Below are positions 39,501-53,692 of a stretch of DNA of 64,000 nt, one piece after another. The stretch comes from Octopus sinensis (Eukaryota). Numbering within the stretch: the stretch's first letter is position 1; every line of letters starts with the position of its first letter. The notes beneath the pieces are model-generated. The model was not told the DNA's origin. It did not search any database and saw only the letters and a program-made list of their open reading frames with translations. Both the position numbers and the translations under genes were made by a program. The DNA lies in contig NC_043000.1 in assembly GCF_006345805.1 (NCBI RefSeq), positions 55,490,001-55,554,000 on the forward strand. Direction: 5' to 3'.

Positions 39501-41129
39501 TGACTTCCAAAATATAATTAGACTGGTATGTTTAGAAATTTAGGATAGTAAGCATACAGCACTTCCGACTTACAAGACATTTATCTGGCACAACACATGT
39601 AACTGAACATTCTTTGTGATGCGTTTCTCTCCTTAAGCTAGGAATTTGTTGTGCTTGATCGAATAAAAATTTCTCTACGCATTTCCGTGTATTATCTTAT
39701 ATGTTTCATTAAACTGAAGACTATAAACAAGCTGCAATTAATATTTCAGAATTTTTTTTTTTATGTGAGTGAAAGATAGGAACATCACTAACTGACTTTA
39801 ACAGAGCCACTCAAGGAAGTTTCATTTTCACTAATAAACCTAAGAAAGAGAAGCTATTTTTCATTATAATTTACAAAATATTGATCTAAAAATGTAGAGA
39901 TTTTTAGTTGATAAAGATTATAAACACCTGCCTTGTATTTTCTTCTTTTAACGTTTTGTTTGATTTCCAGTATAAACTTAGTCAGAACACCGAAATGTTT
40001 TGCCTTCCTGGTGATTATTTCTTTACGCAAATAATCTTAAGATCAAATACGTTTTAAATTACTTTCATGAAGATCTAACAGAATCATTTGGTGATAAACG
40101 TGTGGGTATTATCAGTTTTATCAACTTTTGTAATTTCCTTGAATATTCTGGTCATGCTAATTCATCGTTCTTCGTACAATTAATTTTTTTCCGCATGTCT
40201 GTAATATTTGTTACTGCATTGCTTAATTAATCACTGTTCTTGTTAATCTACGTACACTGGATGCTTCTCAATAATTGCATGGTTACTAAGTTCATAATAT
40301 TCTTCCTATTTGTAATTATGAAATAATGCCCATAGCTTCAAATATAAGATGTAATAACCCTAATAACGAAGCTAAATTAAATGTCGCCATTCTATTCAAA
40401 GTTCTATCTTAATTTCGCTACTAACAATTTAAAATTAAGATCTGCCTTTTTTTTCGCTCAGAGTATTGTTTACCTCCAGCGACCAGCAACAGCTGTAATT
40501 ACCAATGAGTTAAAATAATCAGTTACAGATAATATTTGAACAGCATATTGTAAACTATTATGGAATAGATATTTAACAGCGAATACACAAACATGTACAT
40601 ACATCATTGCACACAACTCACGTACGTACATTTTCTTTTTTATATATATATATTTTTCGAAGTTGCAATCTTGCGTAATGGATATAACAATATACGTTTA
40701 AGAGGCTACTAATTTTTATTCATGTCCTTGTTGTTGAATATCAACTCTATTTTCGTCGAGCAGACGTATGTTCGAAGATAATCCAGCTGTGTTCAGCCCA
40801 ACAATAATTATATTACTATTTGTGTTGAGATGACAAGGCATCATTTGCAGGAGATACGGCTACAATATCTAGCGGCTAAATTACGCCTAAATGCTCGCTT
40901 CTGTGAGGCGGTTGATAAAATATTTTTTCCTAAATACGTTGTCGGAATGAAATTCACAATGGCCTGGAATATATAGTTCAAACATTCATCTCCTAGTTAT
41001 ATTTCACATACGCAGCAGTACAAGTTATTAAATATGTTTGTGTGTGTATGTGTGTGCATGTGTGTGTGCGTGTGTGTGTGCCATTTTAATCAAAGTGCTA
41101 TCCTTTGCTCATCATCGAAGATTAAACTT

Positions 41130-41660
41130 GCTACCGAGCTTTTCTTGTGTAAAGGCATCGCAAGCGATAACATTTTCTATGTTAACATCGAACGAAAACC
41201 ACAATAGCTAGGATTCAATGGAATACGTAAACCCAACTTCAAGCCGGGACTACAACCAAAAAAGTGTGTGTTCTGTATTTGGTGGGATATAAGAGATTCC
41301 GCTATCACCAAATGATAAACCGGAACGAAAGAGTTAATGCAGAGAGATATTGTCAATTGGAGGCATTATACAAAAACTTGTAGAAAAAGCGCCCATCATT
41401 CGTTAATGATAAAAGCGTGCTACTTATAATAACGCGAGACAACATATTTCCTAAGGCATTCCTGAATGGAAGTTTGACTTTACCCTTTTCTCTATCATCT
41501 CCCTGCGCCATCAAATGATCATTTTATATTATTGCAACATTAATTGTGAAGAAAGAAAAATAGACATTTAGCGATTCTTTACTTCAAAACATGAATAACT
41601 TTACCCTCACGGGTCAACACTTATCCAAATTGATGGGGTTGAGTTAATGGGGGATATATA
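41130..41660 (+). mobile_element. Degenerate mariner transposase fragment
   Basis: FYVNIERKPQ...KPGLQPKK...IWWD, VNAERYCQL and YHLPAPSNDHF (YSPDLAPSDYHLF-like). Confidence 0.75.
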
Positions 41661-41689
41661 TTATTTTATTAGATATATCAAGACGAAAA

Positions 41690-43250
41690 GAGCTTGTGTG
41701 TGTGTGTGTGTTGCTGTGTTGTAAGTAGGTTGCTTCCGCGTATGTGTTAGTTTTACTACTACACTGTTGTTGTCAAGACGTTGCTATGCAGAGTTCTTGA
41801 AATGAAGAATTTTGAAGGCGCAGCTATAAGGTAAGACTGAGTTCCGAGGCATTTGTCTGCCTATAGTTGCGCTGTCTCACTTAATTGTGAGAATTGTGTT
41901 GTTTTGGAGGCGTATCCCGCCTCCAAAAATTGTGAAATTTTTTTGGAAAAATTTCTGAATTTCTGCCAATTAGTGGCGGAATTTTTTGAAGTTGTGTTCC
42001 TGCTGCTGTATTCCTGTTCATGTTTGGAGTACCTGTTGGCCAGGAGTACCGGTTGGCCGGAATTGTATGTTGCCGTGTTTTGAACCGTCTTCCTTCTTTC
42101 TTTTTCTCTTCTTTGTCATTCTGCTCTTTCTCTTCCTTCGAACTGTTTTTTGACTTTGTTTGGACTTTTGTTTTTTATTTTGAACATTTTCTTCAAAGCG
42201 TGGCGAAGAAATTTAACATTCCATTGGACTGGGAAATCATCCCACCCAATCAATGGTTGAAAAATTTAGAGGAAAGAACGGTGTTGTTGATGACTTATTC
42301 TAAGTCACTCGACACCATCGCGGTCTTTCCTAAGACAAAGACAGAAAAAGAGTTGGCAGATGTTCTGCCAACTATTAACTTTATTTCCAAGGGTAGTAAA
42401 TATGCAACGGTGTGGTTGCTGTTTGACACCCCTGAGGTAGCTCACAAATTTGCGAGCCAGCCCTCAGAAGAGCAAGAGATTCTATTTCTTCCCACATATT
42501 GTGGGAAGTAATTAACAAGAGCTTGGGTCTGTGGGCTGCCACCGGGCATTCAACCGGAATGGATAGAGGATAGTATCCACCGGGGTCTGGGTGGCAGCGG
42601 ACCCAAGCTTTTAAATGTGCCGGCGTCTGATTGGGTGGTTTTGACCCTATGGACCCAATCAGCTGCTAAAGATCTGGTATTTCCAGATTTTCTGAAAGTG
42701 GCCGGTTGCAGGTACACAGTGATACTTGAGGGATGCAAGAGTTACCTGTGCCTGGAATCAGGCCATATTAAGAAGAAATGTCCCCAGGACCAAAGTAAAG
42801 TCCTGGAGCTGTTAATAAAAGTAGCACCCCCTCCTCCTTTGGAGGAAGAGATGGAGGCAATCGAGGAGGTGCAGACCTCGAAAAAAGGGGAGAAAGGAAG
42901 AAGGTGGGAAATAATGGTTGCCCACTGAAGGACCCCAAAACTGCGGGAGGGAGGGAAGATACTCCGGATAAAGCGGAGAAGCTACAGCCTCCCGTAGCAC
43001 AAGGGAGGAAAAAGAAAAAGACGAAAAATGAGACATTGCCGGTGGTTAGTAGTACACTGCCGGCATGTCCTGAAATTGTGGCCCATCCCAGTGTGATGAA
43101 GGATAATTTTGTGATCTTCTTTCATAGCGGAGATGCTATACAGATATCTGTGAAGAAGCTAGAGGGCTGGAGGGAGGGGTCCTCTCCTGGACTGAAGACC
43201 CGGATGGCCTCCTCAGGTAACTACGGAGGTTATAATAGAGGATGATATTT
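41690..43250 (+). mobile_element. Tx1/L1-clade element A: 5' UTR + ORF1 (gag-like), no ORF2
   Basis: T/G-rich leader, then ...INFISKGSKYATVWLLFDT...AWVCGLPPGI...CKSYLCLESGHIKKKCP (degenerate CCHC knuckle); in-frame stop at ~42510. Confidence 0.65.
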
Positions 43251-43974
43251 TCAGGGTGATGGACTCCTTTCCCAATATAGGTTTGCTTTTTGGTGTCCCG
43301 ACTTGGAACTGCAGGATTGCCTGCGGGGGGCATATAGCCTGGTCGGGAAGGAAAGGTAAGACGCCTTAGAGCCTCAATTTGAATTTGTATTATTGGTAAA
43401 TGGCTCAGTGCCTTAATTTGTAACGACGATTGCGTCCATTCCTTGAACTGAGTTAAGAGGTTCAACACCTCATTTTGTTTTGTTGGAAAAAAAGAGAACA
43501 ATGTTTTCGAGAAATAACAATCGGCGGGCGTTGTCTACTTCTCCCACCAACCATTTTTTTCATTCCATTATCATTGTGTTTTTGTCCATCCCACAGCTTC
43601 TTCATCTTTGTAAGGCTGCATAGCCAATTTTATGAAATAAAGAATCTTGCTTCCGTACGTGAGTGGTGGGTAAAAAAATTGACACCAGCACAATGCCCGG
43701 ACGGATAAGGTATATAGATATTTTTTTTAAATACAACATAGACATTCTGCTGTAAATGATAGTGTACGTATTTGTATTCTAAAAACTGTATTAACAGGTT
43801 CAATGAAGTCGCTCGGAGGTGGGGCCGAAAGGATTCATTTCGTCTTTCATTATAATATTAATTCAATCTTTTCATTCGTTTTTTTTTTGTCCCCACCTTG
43901 TGCTGTCCCCTCTGTGTAAGCCCTTCATGGTCAACTTCATAAGATAAAGAAGTTTGCTAACAATTTTAAGACTT

Positions 43975-46900
43975 CGGTCGTATTTTTTTTTTTTTGCGCT
44001 CTGTGAGTTATTTTGCTGAAAATTGTTGTGAACTGTTGCCTGTTTGCAGGCTGTTTCCCGGTATTCAGGGGAATAGTGGCATTTCTGTAGACATTTGGTA
44101 CTTGTTTATTCGATTGGATTCTTTAAAGAAGTACATTTCCTTTAATTTAGCCTTTGTAGGTATTATTGAAATGCACCCCACCAAAACGGGGTGGAATTTG
44201 AACTGTTGTTCTTGTTGTGAGGAATTCTTTTTGAACTGTGGAGAAAAGGGAAACCTACAATTTTCTTTTGAAAAAAACTGTATCCTGCATTTTGTTTTTG
44301 AGCTGCGCCCCTCTCCTTGACGGGGATAGGGTTGAACGGGGAGAGGAACGGAAGCCTATAAATTTCCCTTTGGAAAAAAAGTTTTTTTGCAGCCGTTTTT
44401 GGCTTTATTGAGCTATACGCTCCTCCCCTGTTTTTTTTTCATGTGTTTTCTGCTAATTTATTTCAACCGAAATGTCGATGGAGATAAGAGAAAAATGCTC
44501 TCTCGAAGAGTGTGATACTTCTGAGGCTGACCAGCATCCAAAACAAGCCGCCTAAAGGCTTTGCGGCAGTGCAAGTGGAAAATCTGGAGATCCCATTGGG
44601 GGAACTCCAGGAAATGTTTAAAAGAATGACAGAGGAGGAGGGTGAGGTAAAAATATCTCTTACCACCAACACAACAGAAGGAATTTTTAAAACAAAACAA
44701 TTATATTCAAAACGATCTGCCCATAAGAAAAAATGAAACATTGAACAGAATAAAATTGAAAAATGCGTGGCACCCATATGGAATGATATTAGTTATATAA
44801 CAAGAGCAAGGAAATTTGGCACAATAGAAGCCAGATTCAGAACAATAGAGATGGCTCGCATGCACTCTGTCAGCCCGTTGAAAACAACAGAAGTTGTGCC
44901 TCTGTCAGTCTATATGGGGCGACGCATGTATCGCCGGAGGTTGATGCACGTGGGTGATGGCAGCCCTGTTGTTTAAAAGGGAAGGTAAAATATCCTACAA
45001 ATAACACGCTCTGCCTCCATCCCCTCCCTCAAAAATTTGCTCTCACAGAGCAAGCGGGCCATAATTCAAGCAGCACCAGAAGACCTAGAACGGATTCCTG
45101 ACAGTGTGCACGTGAGCGGGGACATGGCCTTCAAAATTCATGTGGAGAGGCAACAAACTCAGATGTTTTAAATGTGGACGAAAATGCCATATAAGGGTTG
45201 ACTGCGACACGGGAATAAAGGCCCACACTTCTGTGAATGCAAATATACCTGACTCCTCACAAACCCAAAAATTGCTCCCGAACCCACACACACATCATCT
45301 CCTACACTAGCTAAAACATCCACTTCACCTACTGTAGTGCCCACACAAATCTCCAAACAAGTATTCCAAAAGCCCCAAACCACTCACACACCAGTCCCGA
45401 CAACAACAAAAGCACCCACCCCGCAACATCGACGGCACTTGACAGTAAAAGGGCCACTCCCCAGATGACACTATGGAGGTGGTCGAGGGGGAGTACACTC
45501 TTGTTCGGGGCCCGACCAAAAGAACGTTTGACACAATCCCCGTCCAAATCCCCCACAAAAACAGAATATACAGCAACTCAAACATATAAAAAATACCGTC
45601 CAACCGTCCCAGAAAGCCAGGCGAAAGCCGAAGTTTGCTGAAATTCGACCCAAAGGAAAATACTCAAATTATATCCAAAGCACAAGGACTATCCTAGAAA
45701 ATGTGCCTAGATAGGCGAAATATGATTTAAACAGCTGAAGGGGGGGCATCCAGAAGCCATCTCTAGATTAAAAGACGTTCCAAAATACCTCAGAGGAGAA
45801 AAGAGGGGTACGCTCACGAGACGTGAGTTCGGCCCCCCACATCGCCAATGAAAAGTAAGTAGAACCTTTAGTTTTCCTAAAAATGTCAACTCTTAACCTT
45901 GGTTGTTTAAATGTGCGTGGTCTGAGCTCGAAGTGGAAGGAAGCATGTTTCCTCGACGACCTCAGATCACATGATATACATGTGATGGTTGCTACAGAGA
46001 CTAAGCTGCATAAGCTACAAACCTTCTCGGCTCTCCTGAATGGCTATGAGAAAATCATTCCTCCTGACCAGACCGAAGGTCGAGGGGGTGTAGTAGTCCT
46101 GGTTCGAAAAGGCTAGACACTGCAAACAAGTACAGTCTTCGTTAACCCTGAAGGTGGGCTGGTCGTCCTTGACGTGACATACAGCAAAAAGGCCCTCAGA
46201 TCGATCGATATTTACGCGCCTTGTGCAAGACGGCAGCAAACTGATTTCTATCGGCGCCTAGAGAACTTTCTCGTGACGTCCAAGACATTAGTTTTGACAG
46301 GAGACTACAATGCTATCCTGGATGCACGCCTGGATAGCTGTGGGTTGATTGGTATGAGTGTTAACTGACGTCTCATCGATCTGCTTAAGCGTTTTCAGCT
46401 GGCAGATCGTTACAGACTTGGGCACTCGAGCGTCCCAGTGTGGACAAGGGTGAATGACGTCAGGTTAGTTATAAGAATTAGAGATAAGACTAGCTTTAGC
46501 TGTCCACAGTTTGTTCAATTTGACATAAAATGGTTAAGTGTAGGTTGAAGGTAGATAGTGTCTATAGACATGGATGCGGCTACTGGAAGCTGAACAAGTC
46601 TATTTTGGCTTGCGAGGCATACCGTAACCTGATTAAAGAGTTAGTATAAAGGGTATTAACCGGCACCGTGGTGAATAACCGGTGGTGATTTACCCTAAAG
46701 AGAGCCTTACGTTTTGAGACCATTAGATTTAGCCGTCAGCTAAATTTAGATAACTTAGATAGAAGGAAACCTATTTAAGGCTTTAGAAGTGGCGTTGAGA
46801 TTGGGCTCTGCATTCCAAATTTTGGCGGCGAGAACGGCCTTGGACTGTCATCTCAAAGCCAAACATGATGTATGCAGTGTTCGGACCGCGAGGGAATTGG

Positions 46901-47850
46901 TGTTGCCGGGTGGACCCGTACGGTACAGACCCAGTGTAGCAAAGATGCCATAATCAGGTCTTTGACTGACGAAAATGGACGTTTTGTCAAAGTTCAGGAG
47001 GAGATGTGTGAGGCACTTTACGAGCACTTCGCCGAGTTGTTCGGGAGGAACGGGACGCTAGACCATGGTGAGGCCCCACGGGACATCCTGACTGGTGAAC
47101 CGCCTCGCTCGACACGAGAAACTGAGTGCTGTCGGGGGGCGATTACGGCTACGGAGTTGATCGAGGCGCTATCCGACTACCCCGGGGACACGTCGGCGGG
47201 TCTTGATGGTCTGCCCTATGAGTTTTACAAAAGTATGCCAGACTTATTCAGGCACTTACTGGTCAGTGTCTACGCCAACTGGCAGCAGAATGGGAGAATT
47301 CCCAAACCTGCGAGCCGTGCGATGATGACGTTAATCAGAAAGGACCCGAGCAAGGAGGATATCATAAGTAATTTTCGGCCCATAACTCTGCTAAACAGAG
47401 TTAAAGATTTTGGCCAAGGTGTTGACAAAAAGGTTGACACATGTCGTGGACAGATTTGTCGGGGAGGCGCAAACTTGCGGTATCCTGTGCAGGTAAATTC
47501 ATGACAATCTCCATCTTATACGCTACTCTTTAGAGAGGGTTGGGAAATTTTCTGGCAAAGGTGGGGCCCAGGTACATTTAGACCAGTCTAAAGAATTTGA
47601 TAGGATCGATCATCGGTACCTGGCGGCGATCCTCGGGGAGGCCGGGTTGGGCCCGACTTTCCGCGGTTGGAATGATGCTTTGTACAGTGGTGACATCGAG
47701 TCTATCATCCAAATGAACGGGATTTTTTTCAAAACCGTTCCAGATTGAACGCTCAGTACGCCAGGGATGCTCCCTGTCACAGCTTTTGTATGTATTGGCT
47801 TTTGAGCCATTGCTGCGGAAGTTGGAGGCGTTATGGTGCGTGCCTCATGA
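43975..47850 (+). mobile_element. Tx1/L1-clade element B: 5' UTR, ORF1, APE endonuclease and N-terminal RT; 3'-truncated and degenerate
   Basis: ORF1 with RCFKCGRKCHIRVDC knuckle (~45165-45210); ORF2 from 45883 MSTLNLGCLNVRGL...TETKL, IDIYAP, LTGDYNAILD; RT SAGLDGLPYEFYK, NFRPITLLN, LDQSKEFDRIDH, LYVLAFEPLL; ends before YADD. Confidence 0.9.
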
Positions 47851-48849
47851 TAAGCAATGATAGACAGAAACAAAATCTTACGCCATCTTCTAGAAGTCAG
47901 CACGAGACCATTAAAAACTATTCTCTGTACACCTTAAACAGTTCACGAAATGCTTAACAATCATTAATAACGTAAATGGGACGAATAATTCAAAATGCCG
48001 GAAATTGCATTCAGAAGACAAATATATAATTGAGCCTATCGACTTTTATCCAACCAACGGAAGATCAACTGAAAATCATGTATATATTCGACTACCGTCA
48101 TGTTTAGCATTAAATAAAATCATGTTATTGGAATAGATTCAGTAGCCAGTTTAAAAATTCAAGTTATCACTATAATTTTGCATTTCAATACTGTAATCAT
48201 TACAATGATTGGGCAGAATTCTAGCCAAGATTATCATGTTTTTTTTTTATTGAAAAGATTCTGCTTTTATAATGTAACACTTAGATAAATCATCACTCTA
48301 TGCTCATTCACAGAATTTCTCTTGTCTCTTCACTGCAGAAATTATATAAATGCTGAAATGATTGAGTGACAACGTTGAATAAACAAATACACAAATATTG
48401 GTTTAGATGCCATTGCGGAATATGAACAAATGTGACATGAAATCCGAGCAAAACACGATTTTACTTCTTTCCCTCTCAAAAAATAGTTAGTGCATTAATT
48501 ATCAATAATGTCAGACTGTCCTAGCAATTTTCTAACATTTTCCCAATAAATATTCAGTTTTTCAAGAAATTGGATTATTTCTTCCCTTACATTTGCACGC
48601 ACTAAAAAATCACAACGCCAAAAGATTTGTTTTTGTATTTTCTTAATAAACAGGTACACTGTCTCTTTCTCAACACACCCACATAACCATATATATTTCA
48701 ACGGACATGCAAACATATACCTACGCGATTATCGATTCACTTACCTTTCACCAGAGAAAAAGTATATCCTCTTACAAATAAAACAAACCAACCTCAAGAT
48801 ACTTCAAGTTATAGGGTTTCAAAAGACCTACAGAAGCGTAAGAATGACT

Positions 48850-49680
48850 GTTACATCATATGAGATACATACATACACATGAATATTCCTTTATTCTCTT
48901 AATTGTTTCAGATATTTGACTGCGGCAATAAAGGAGTACCACACTTAGTCGAACAAATCGACCCCAGAATTTATTCTTTGTAAGCCTAGTACTTATCCTA
49001 TCATTACTGACAACTCCTAAAACCATGACAGTTGCCGGAATTGTTGTATGCATAACACTTAGACCTTCAGAAGGGTGTGCACATAAGCATTTCGCATTTC
49101 TTCTCTTAACGTTTTGATCGTGGTCGAAGTTTTTCTCGACCAAGATCAAACGAAATCTGCTATTTTTCAGTTTGTTTAAGAGACTTTTAGATCTGCTGTA
49201 GTGATTTTCTTTTGCTTTTTCGGACAAATTAACCTTTTTTCATCATATAAGACTTATATCTGATGTCTTCATGGACAATATTTCTGACTGTTTCTTCTGA
49301 CACATGCAGATCTTTTACAATTGACCTGATGAACTTTCTAGGCTTGTAATCAATGGTCTGTTGATCTTGCTAGATAAATTCAGGTGTTCTGATGATTTAA
49401 TAGCGTGTAAAATGCTTTTTATGCTTTGATACTGGTGTTACGATTCCATCTTCAGTCTCGAGCTCCTTATAATCTATGTAAACGAAAGCTCTGGCAACTT
49501 TTAAAAATCGAGATATTTCGATATCAGCGTTTATAACCACAATAACAGCATGCCTCTTCATTCCTTGAGTAAGCTGAGGGTCTGCCATTATTATTTTCTG
49601 AATCAAAGATTATACAGAGTTAGCAAAAAATGCAGCAATGACCCAAAAAAGGTATGTCCTCAAATACCTTACGCACCCAG
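48850..49680 (-). mobile_element. Tc1/mariner superfamily (maT/rosa-like) transposase relic
   Basis: MKRHAVIV...ISRFLKVARAFV HTH region, and KNFDHDQNVKRRNAKCLC...TIPATVMVLGVVS; terminal TACTGGGTG next to a (TA)n run. Confidence 0.8.
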
Positions 49681-49681
49681 T

Positions 49682-49775
<94 letters not shown>

Positions 49776-49789
49776 TAATTCAAACAAGA

Positions 49790-49955
49790 AAACACAAAAA
49801 AACAAAAAAACACAACAACGCGAGGACGTGGAACAATTAAAGTATTATTGGACGCTCAGGAAAGAAGGGAAGAAGGAGGGTTTAACGTTTCGAGCGGAGC
49901 TCTTCGTCGGAAACATAGGAGAAGGAAAGATCCCGAGAAGGGAAGACAGAGGAAG
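49790..49955 (-). mobile_element. Second copy of the 17.2-kb hammerhead repeat (motif 49880-49914, core CCGACGA)
   Basis: Reverse complement GTTT-CCGACGA-A-GAGCTCCGCTC-GAAA-CG-TT-AAAC; a single U4-to-C change relative to 17312-17346. Confidence 0.8.
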
Positions 49956-50059
49956 TGTGTTATGAGCATTTATAATATATAATCCTCTATATAGACTCAA
50001 CTAACATTTACAAAATTGAGAAGAGAAGATATTAAGAGTTTATATAAAGTTTTAATCCA

Positions 50060-50420
50060 TACGATCGTTTCGAATGATAATACCAACATGTAAGAAACCT
50101 AGAAAATTGAAATTGGTTATAATAATAATTAAAATGATAATTAAATTAAATCCATTTAATTACGTATTACCATTGTCCTCTGTGGAAAAGATGAAGAAAA
50201 CATCAAAAAAGGTATTAACAAAAGAATATTACAAAGGAACTTCAGAGAGTCTGTATCGGATAAACTCGATCAGATATTCATAAAAAATTGTGAAAGAGGA
50301 AAAAAAGAGATATAGGAGCATGCTTATGTAGTGTTGAGACGATCTGTGTAAGAACTAGAAATGTTTTGGTCAACGGATATTTTTAGATATATGTAGGAAA
50401 GATCGGAGTAAACAATATAA
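50060..50420 (+). mobile_element. Possible Penelope-like ORF N-terminal remnant
   Basis: Degenerate frame LCGKDEENIKKGINKRILQRNFRESVSDKLDQIFIKN, directly behind an inverted hammerhead repeat; assignment is by context only. Confidence 0.3.
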
Positions 50421-51841
50421 CAAAATTGCACTCCCGCTTCTTACATGCATAAATGCACGCGCTCGCATGTAATAGGCGTCTAGTGGGATATAAAAACTAT
50501 ATTTAAATTTTAGTGTTTGTTGACAGTTATGGACGGTGTGCAAAGAAAAAAGATGAAAAACTGAAAAAAGAAATAGTTTACTAAAAGAACAATGTCTAGG
50601 ATAAGGGGTTTAGGTATATGGGTGTGATTTAAAATAAGTTACTAGAAAATCGAAGGGTAGAAAAAATAATTGGGTAAATATTATTGTGACAGGATGTAAC
50701 ATTATGGTAAGATAGTATTATATTCGTTTGTAATAAAAAAAGGTATAGTTGTTAATATTAAGAATTGTGTGAGAAAATAAAAAAAGGAAAGTACATACTA
50801 CCGTTAGAAAAATTGTTGATAAGTAATTCGTAATAACAAGGATTTTTCTTTTAAATTTATTTATAGGTCAGAGAGAGTTATAGTAGATATAGTAGTACAT
50901 AATGCCAAATGTATATTCAGGAAAAAATTATTCTTTGGGAATACACAGGTATACACCTACACATAATACATATACAAAGCGCGCCCCAAAAAACATAAGC
51001 ATACACACAAACCTACATATATACACCAACACAAAACTGATGCAAGTATATATATGGAAAAACATACATGGGTACATATGTGTGTATAAAAATCGATATA
51101 TGCACATATATACATATACGTATATATACATATCTACATACGTATACACATACATATACAGGTATATATGCAAACATATACATATAGACACACGTACACA
51201 AATATATGTGTAAAAAATATACACTTATATACATATACATATCTATATATAGACATATATACACATACACATACGCATATATATATATATTATATATATA
51301 TATATATATACTTCCATACACACATGCACCCATGCATATACAACCATATATGCACCTACACACACATTCATGCATATACACTTATATGCATGTGGATGTG
51401 GACATAAATGTGCATATGTATACGCATATACAAATGTATATAATATGAATAATATATGACAAAAGAAAAGGAATTAACTATATAAGTAATAAGTGAAAAA
51501 ATGGGATATAGTGTACACCGAAAAATATTAAGAAATGAATTTGTATATCAATCGAAGAAAGTAAAAACTAAAAACAGCAAATAGATCGGGAAAATTTGTT
51601 ATGAAAATAAATAAGTAGTAATAACAATAATGGGTGTGAGAAGTGTATTCAAGAGCATATTGTGAAATATATATATATATGGATGGATGGTAGTGATGAC
51701 GCAGTATGCTAATTATACCTTATCAATGCATTACGCGTGGAACGACGTGTGAAAACAATTCTAGTTATATGTAATAAGTTAGATGTCATTGAATCCATCG
51801 CCACATTTTCATCTCTCTCTCCTCTCTCCCTGCCTTTATAA

Positions 51842-51906
<65 letters not shown>

Positions 51907-51919
51907 TTCTATGATATAA

Positions 51920-52250
51920 AATCCGTTCTGTGTGTGTGTGTGTGTCTTCTAGGATCTCGGACATCCTCCATCAGATTGCGCTCAAATTTGATATGTAGGT
52001 ACCGACGGTATCAGGGCGTGCATAAGTCTTAAAAAATTACAAAAGTCGATACTCGGTGAGAATGTGATCGATAAAGTCGTGGGAACCTTCGATACTATGC
52101 GTACGCGAGGAAAATGCATGGTCTCTCAAATTTATGTTAAATTAGTGATTCCCAATGGGGAGGCCTATGGGATGGTCGGACAAGTTGTTTTGAGAAAATT
52201 TGGTTTAAATGTTTCAAAACTCAGCACCGTCCATTGGACGGTTGTACGTT
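51920..52250. mobile_element. Possible Helentron/DINE-like non-autonomous element
   Basis: CCGTTC(TG)n...ATCAGATTGCGCTCAAATTTGATATG layout, reminiscent of DINE-1/HINE elements. Confidence 0.3.
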
Positions 52251-52274
52251 TTGCTCATATATATATATATAGTA

Positions 52275-52390
52275 AGTCCCAAAAAGAAGAAACACAAAAA
52301 AACAACAGGAGGACGTGGTATACGTAAACTATTAGCAGGGAAGGGAAGTCGGGGGAAGAAAATCGGCAACGATTCACATACAGTTACATT
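52275..52390 (-). mobile_element. Third copy of the 17.2-kb repeat, lacking the hammerhead
   Basis: Keeps both flanks (ACACAAAAAAACAAC.GGAGGACGTGG and GAAGGGAAG..GGGGAAGAAAATCG..AACG..CAC...TTTTGAA) but not the ribozyme between them. Confidence 0.6.
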
Positions 52391-52437
52391 TTGAAATGAC
52401 CAGAATATATACAGCTTCCAGTGTTCTTTATATATAT

Positions 52438-52521
<84 letters not shown>

Positions 52522-53692
52522 TGTCACCATCTTATTGGCAATAAGTAGTTCTGTGAAGGGACAAAAAATAGATGTGTCATAGAAGACTGTATGGTAATAA
52601 ATGTACTTCAGAAATAATTCCTATATCATTTTGCAAAATGTTCAATGTTCAGTTTGGGGAAGGGCGAAGAAAACTTATAAGGTAAGTTAGATTGAAATAC
52701 ATACTGAAACAATGCATATTGAATTTTTTTATGCCACCTATTTTCTAATAATGGTTCATAAAACTCAATTAATAAGCTAATAAGAGACGCATCTTTTGTC
52801 TTTTGTTGTGTTTTTTTTTTTGGCAAGCTTGTTTTTGATTTTCGTATATTCGCTATCCCTGGAGATAGAAAATCTGTGAAACCTAACTGAATGCAGCGTA
52901 CAAACAGTAAATAACACCGTTAATGTAATTATAGCCACTGGTATTAAAACATATTTTATTTTCTTCCTCCTTTAAATGAGAAGTGATTAATTCACGACGT
53001 TGATAGAATACTTTACCAAAATGCTTTATTTTTAGGTTTTCTTTTAGGTAAACAATTTATCACTTCTAGAGAATCCAAAACTTGATGCATATGCGTATGT
53101 AACAAAATATACATGTTTATTTATATTTCGTATATGCGGATATAAATATATGAGAGTATTAATATGTTTGTGCATGTAGAGTGGGCCTGTTAGGATGCTG
53201 GGAATGCATTGACGTAAATATTTCTACTATTATATGATGAAGTATTTATTCACGTGTTAATTTGAGAAATTAAACTAGGAATATTGTATGCTTTTGTCTC
53301 TTTCCGCAAGGTTAGGCAAATGAACTGAATGCCATCTTTCAGAATTTCATTGTCGTGAACAATATTGTGTTAATTTGTGAATGATTAAGTGGAAATTCTG
53401 TTGAAAATGACAGTAGAATATTTCATAGAATATTTTTATTTCATCGATATCTAATAATTAGAAAATATATTTGTAAATTAATATTAGCAGGATTTCCCTG
53501 TATTATAGTTCTCTTTCATATAAATTCGATGTGTGTGTGTGTGTATACAACTAATAAAAAGAATGGCTTATTAGCAATTAGAACCTAAATCCAAAATTAA
53601 TAGAGGTCACAAAATTGACGGAGAGGGGTGGCCAGCACCGTTTAGGCACTAACTCAATGATTGACAAAAGAGAGGTAAGAACCTGTCGTATG

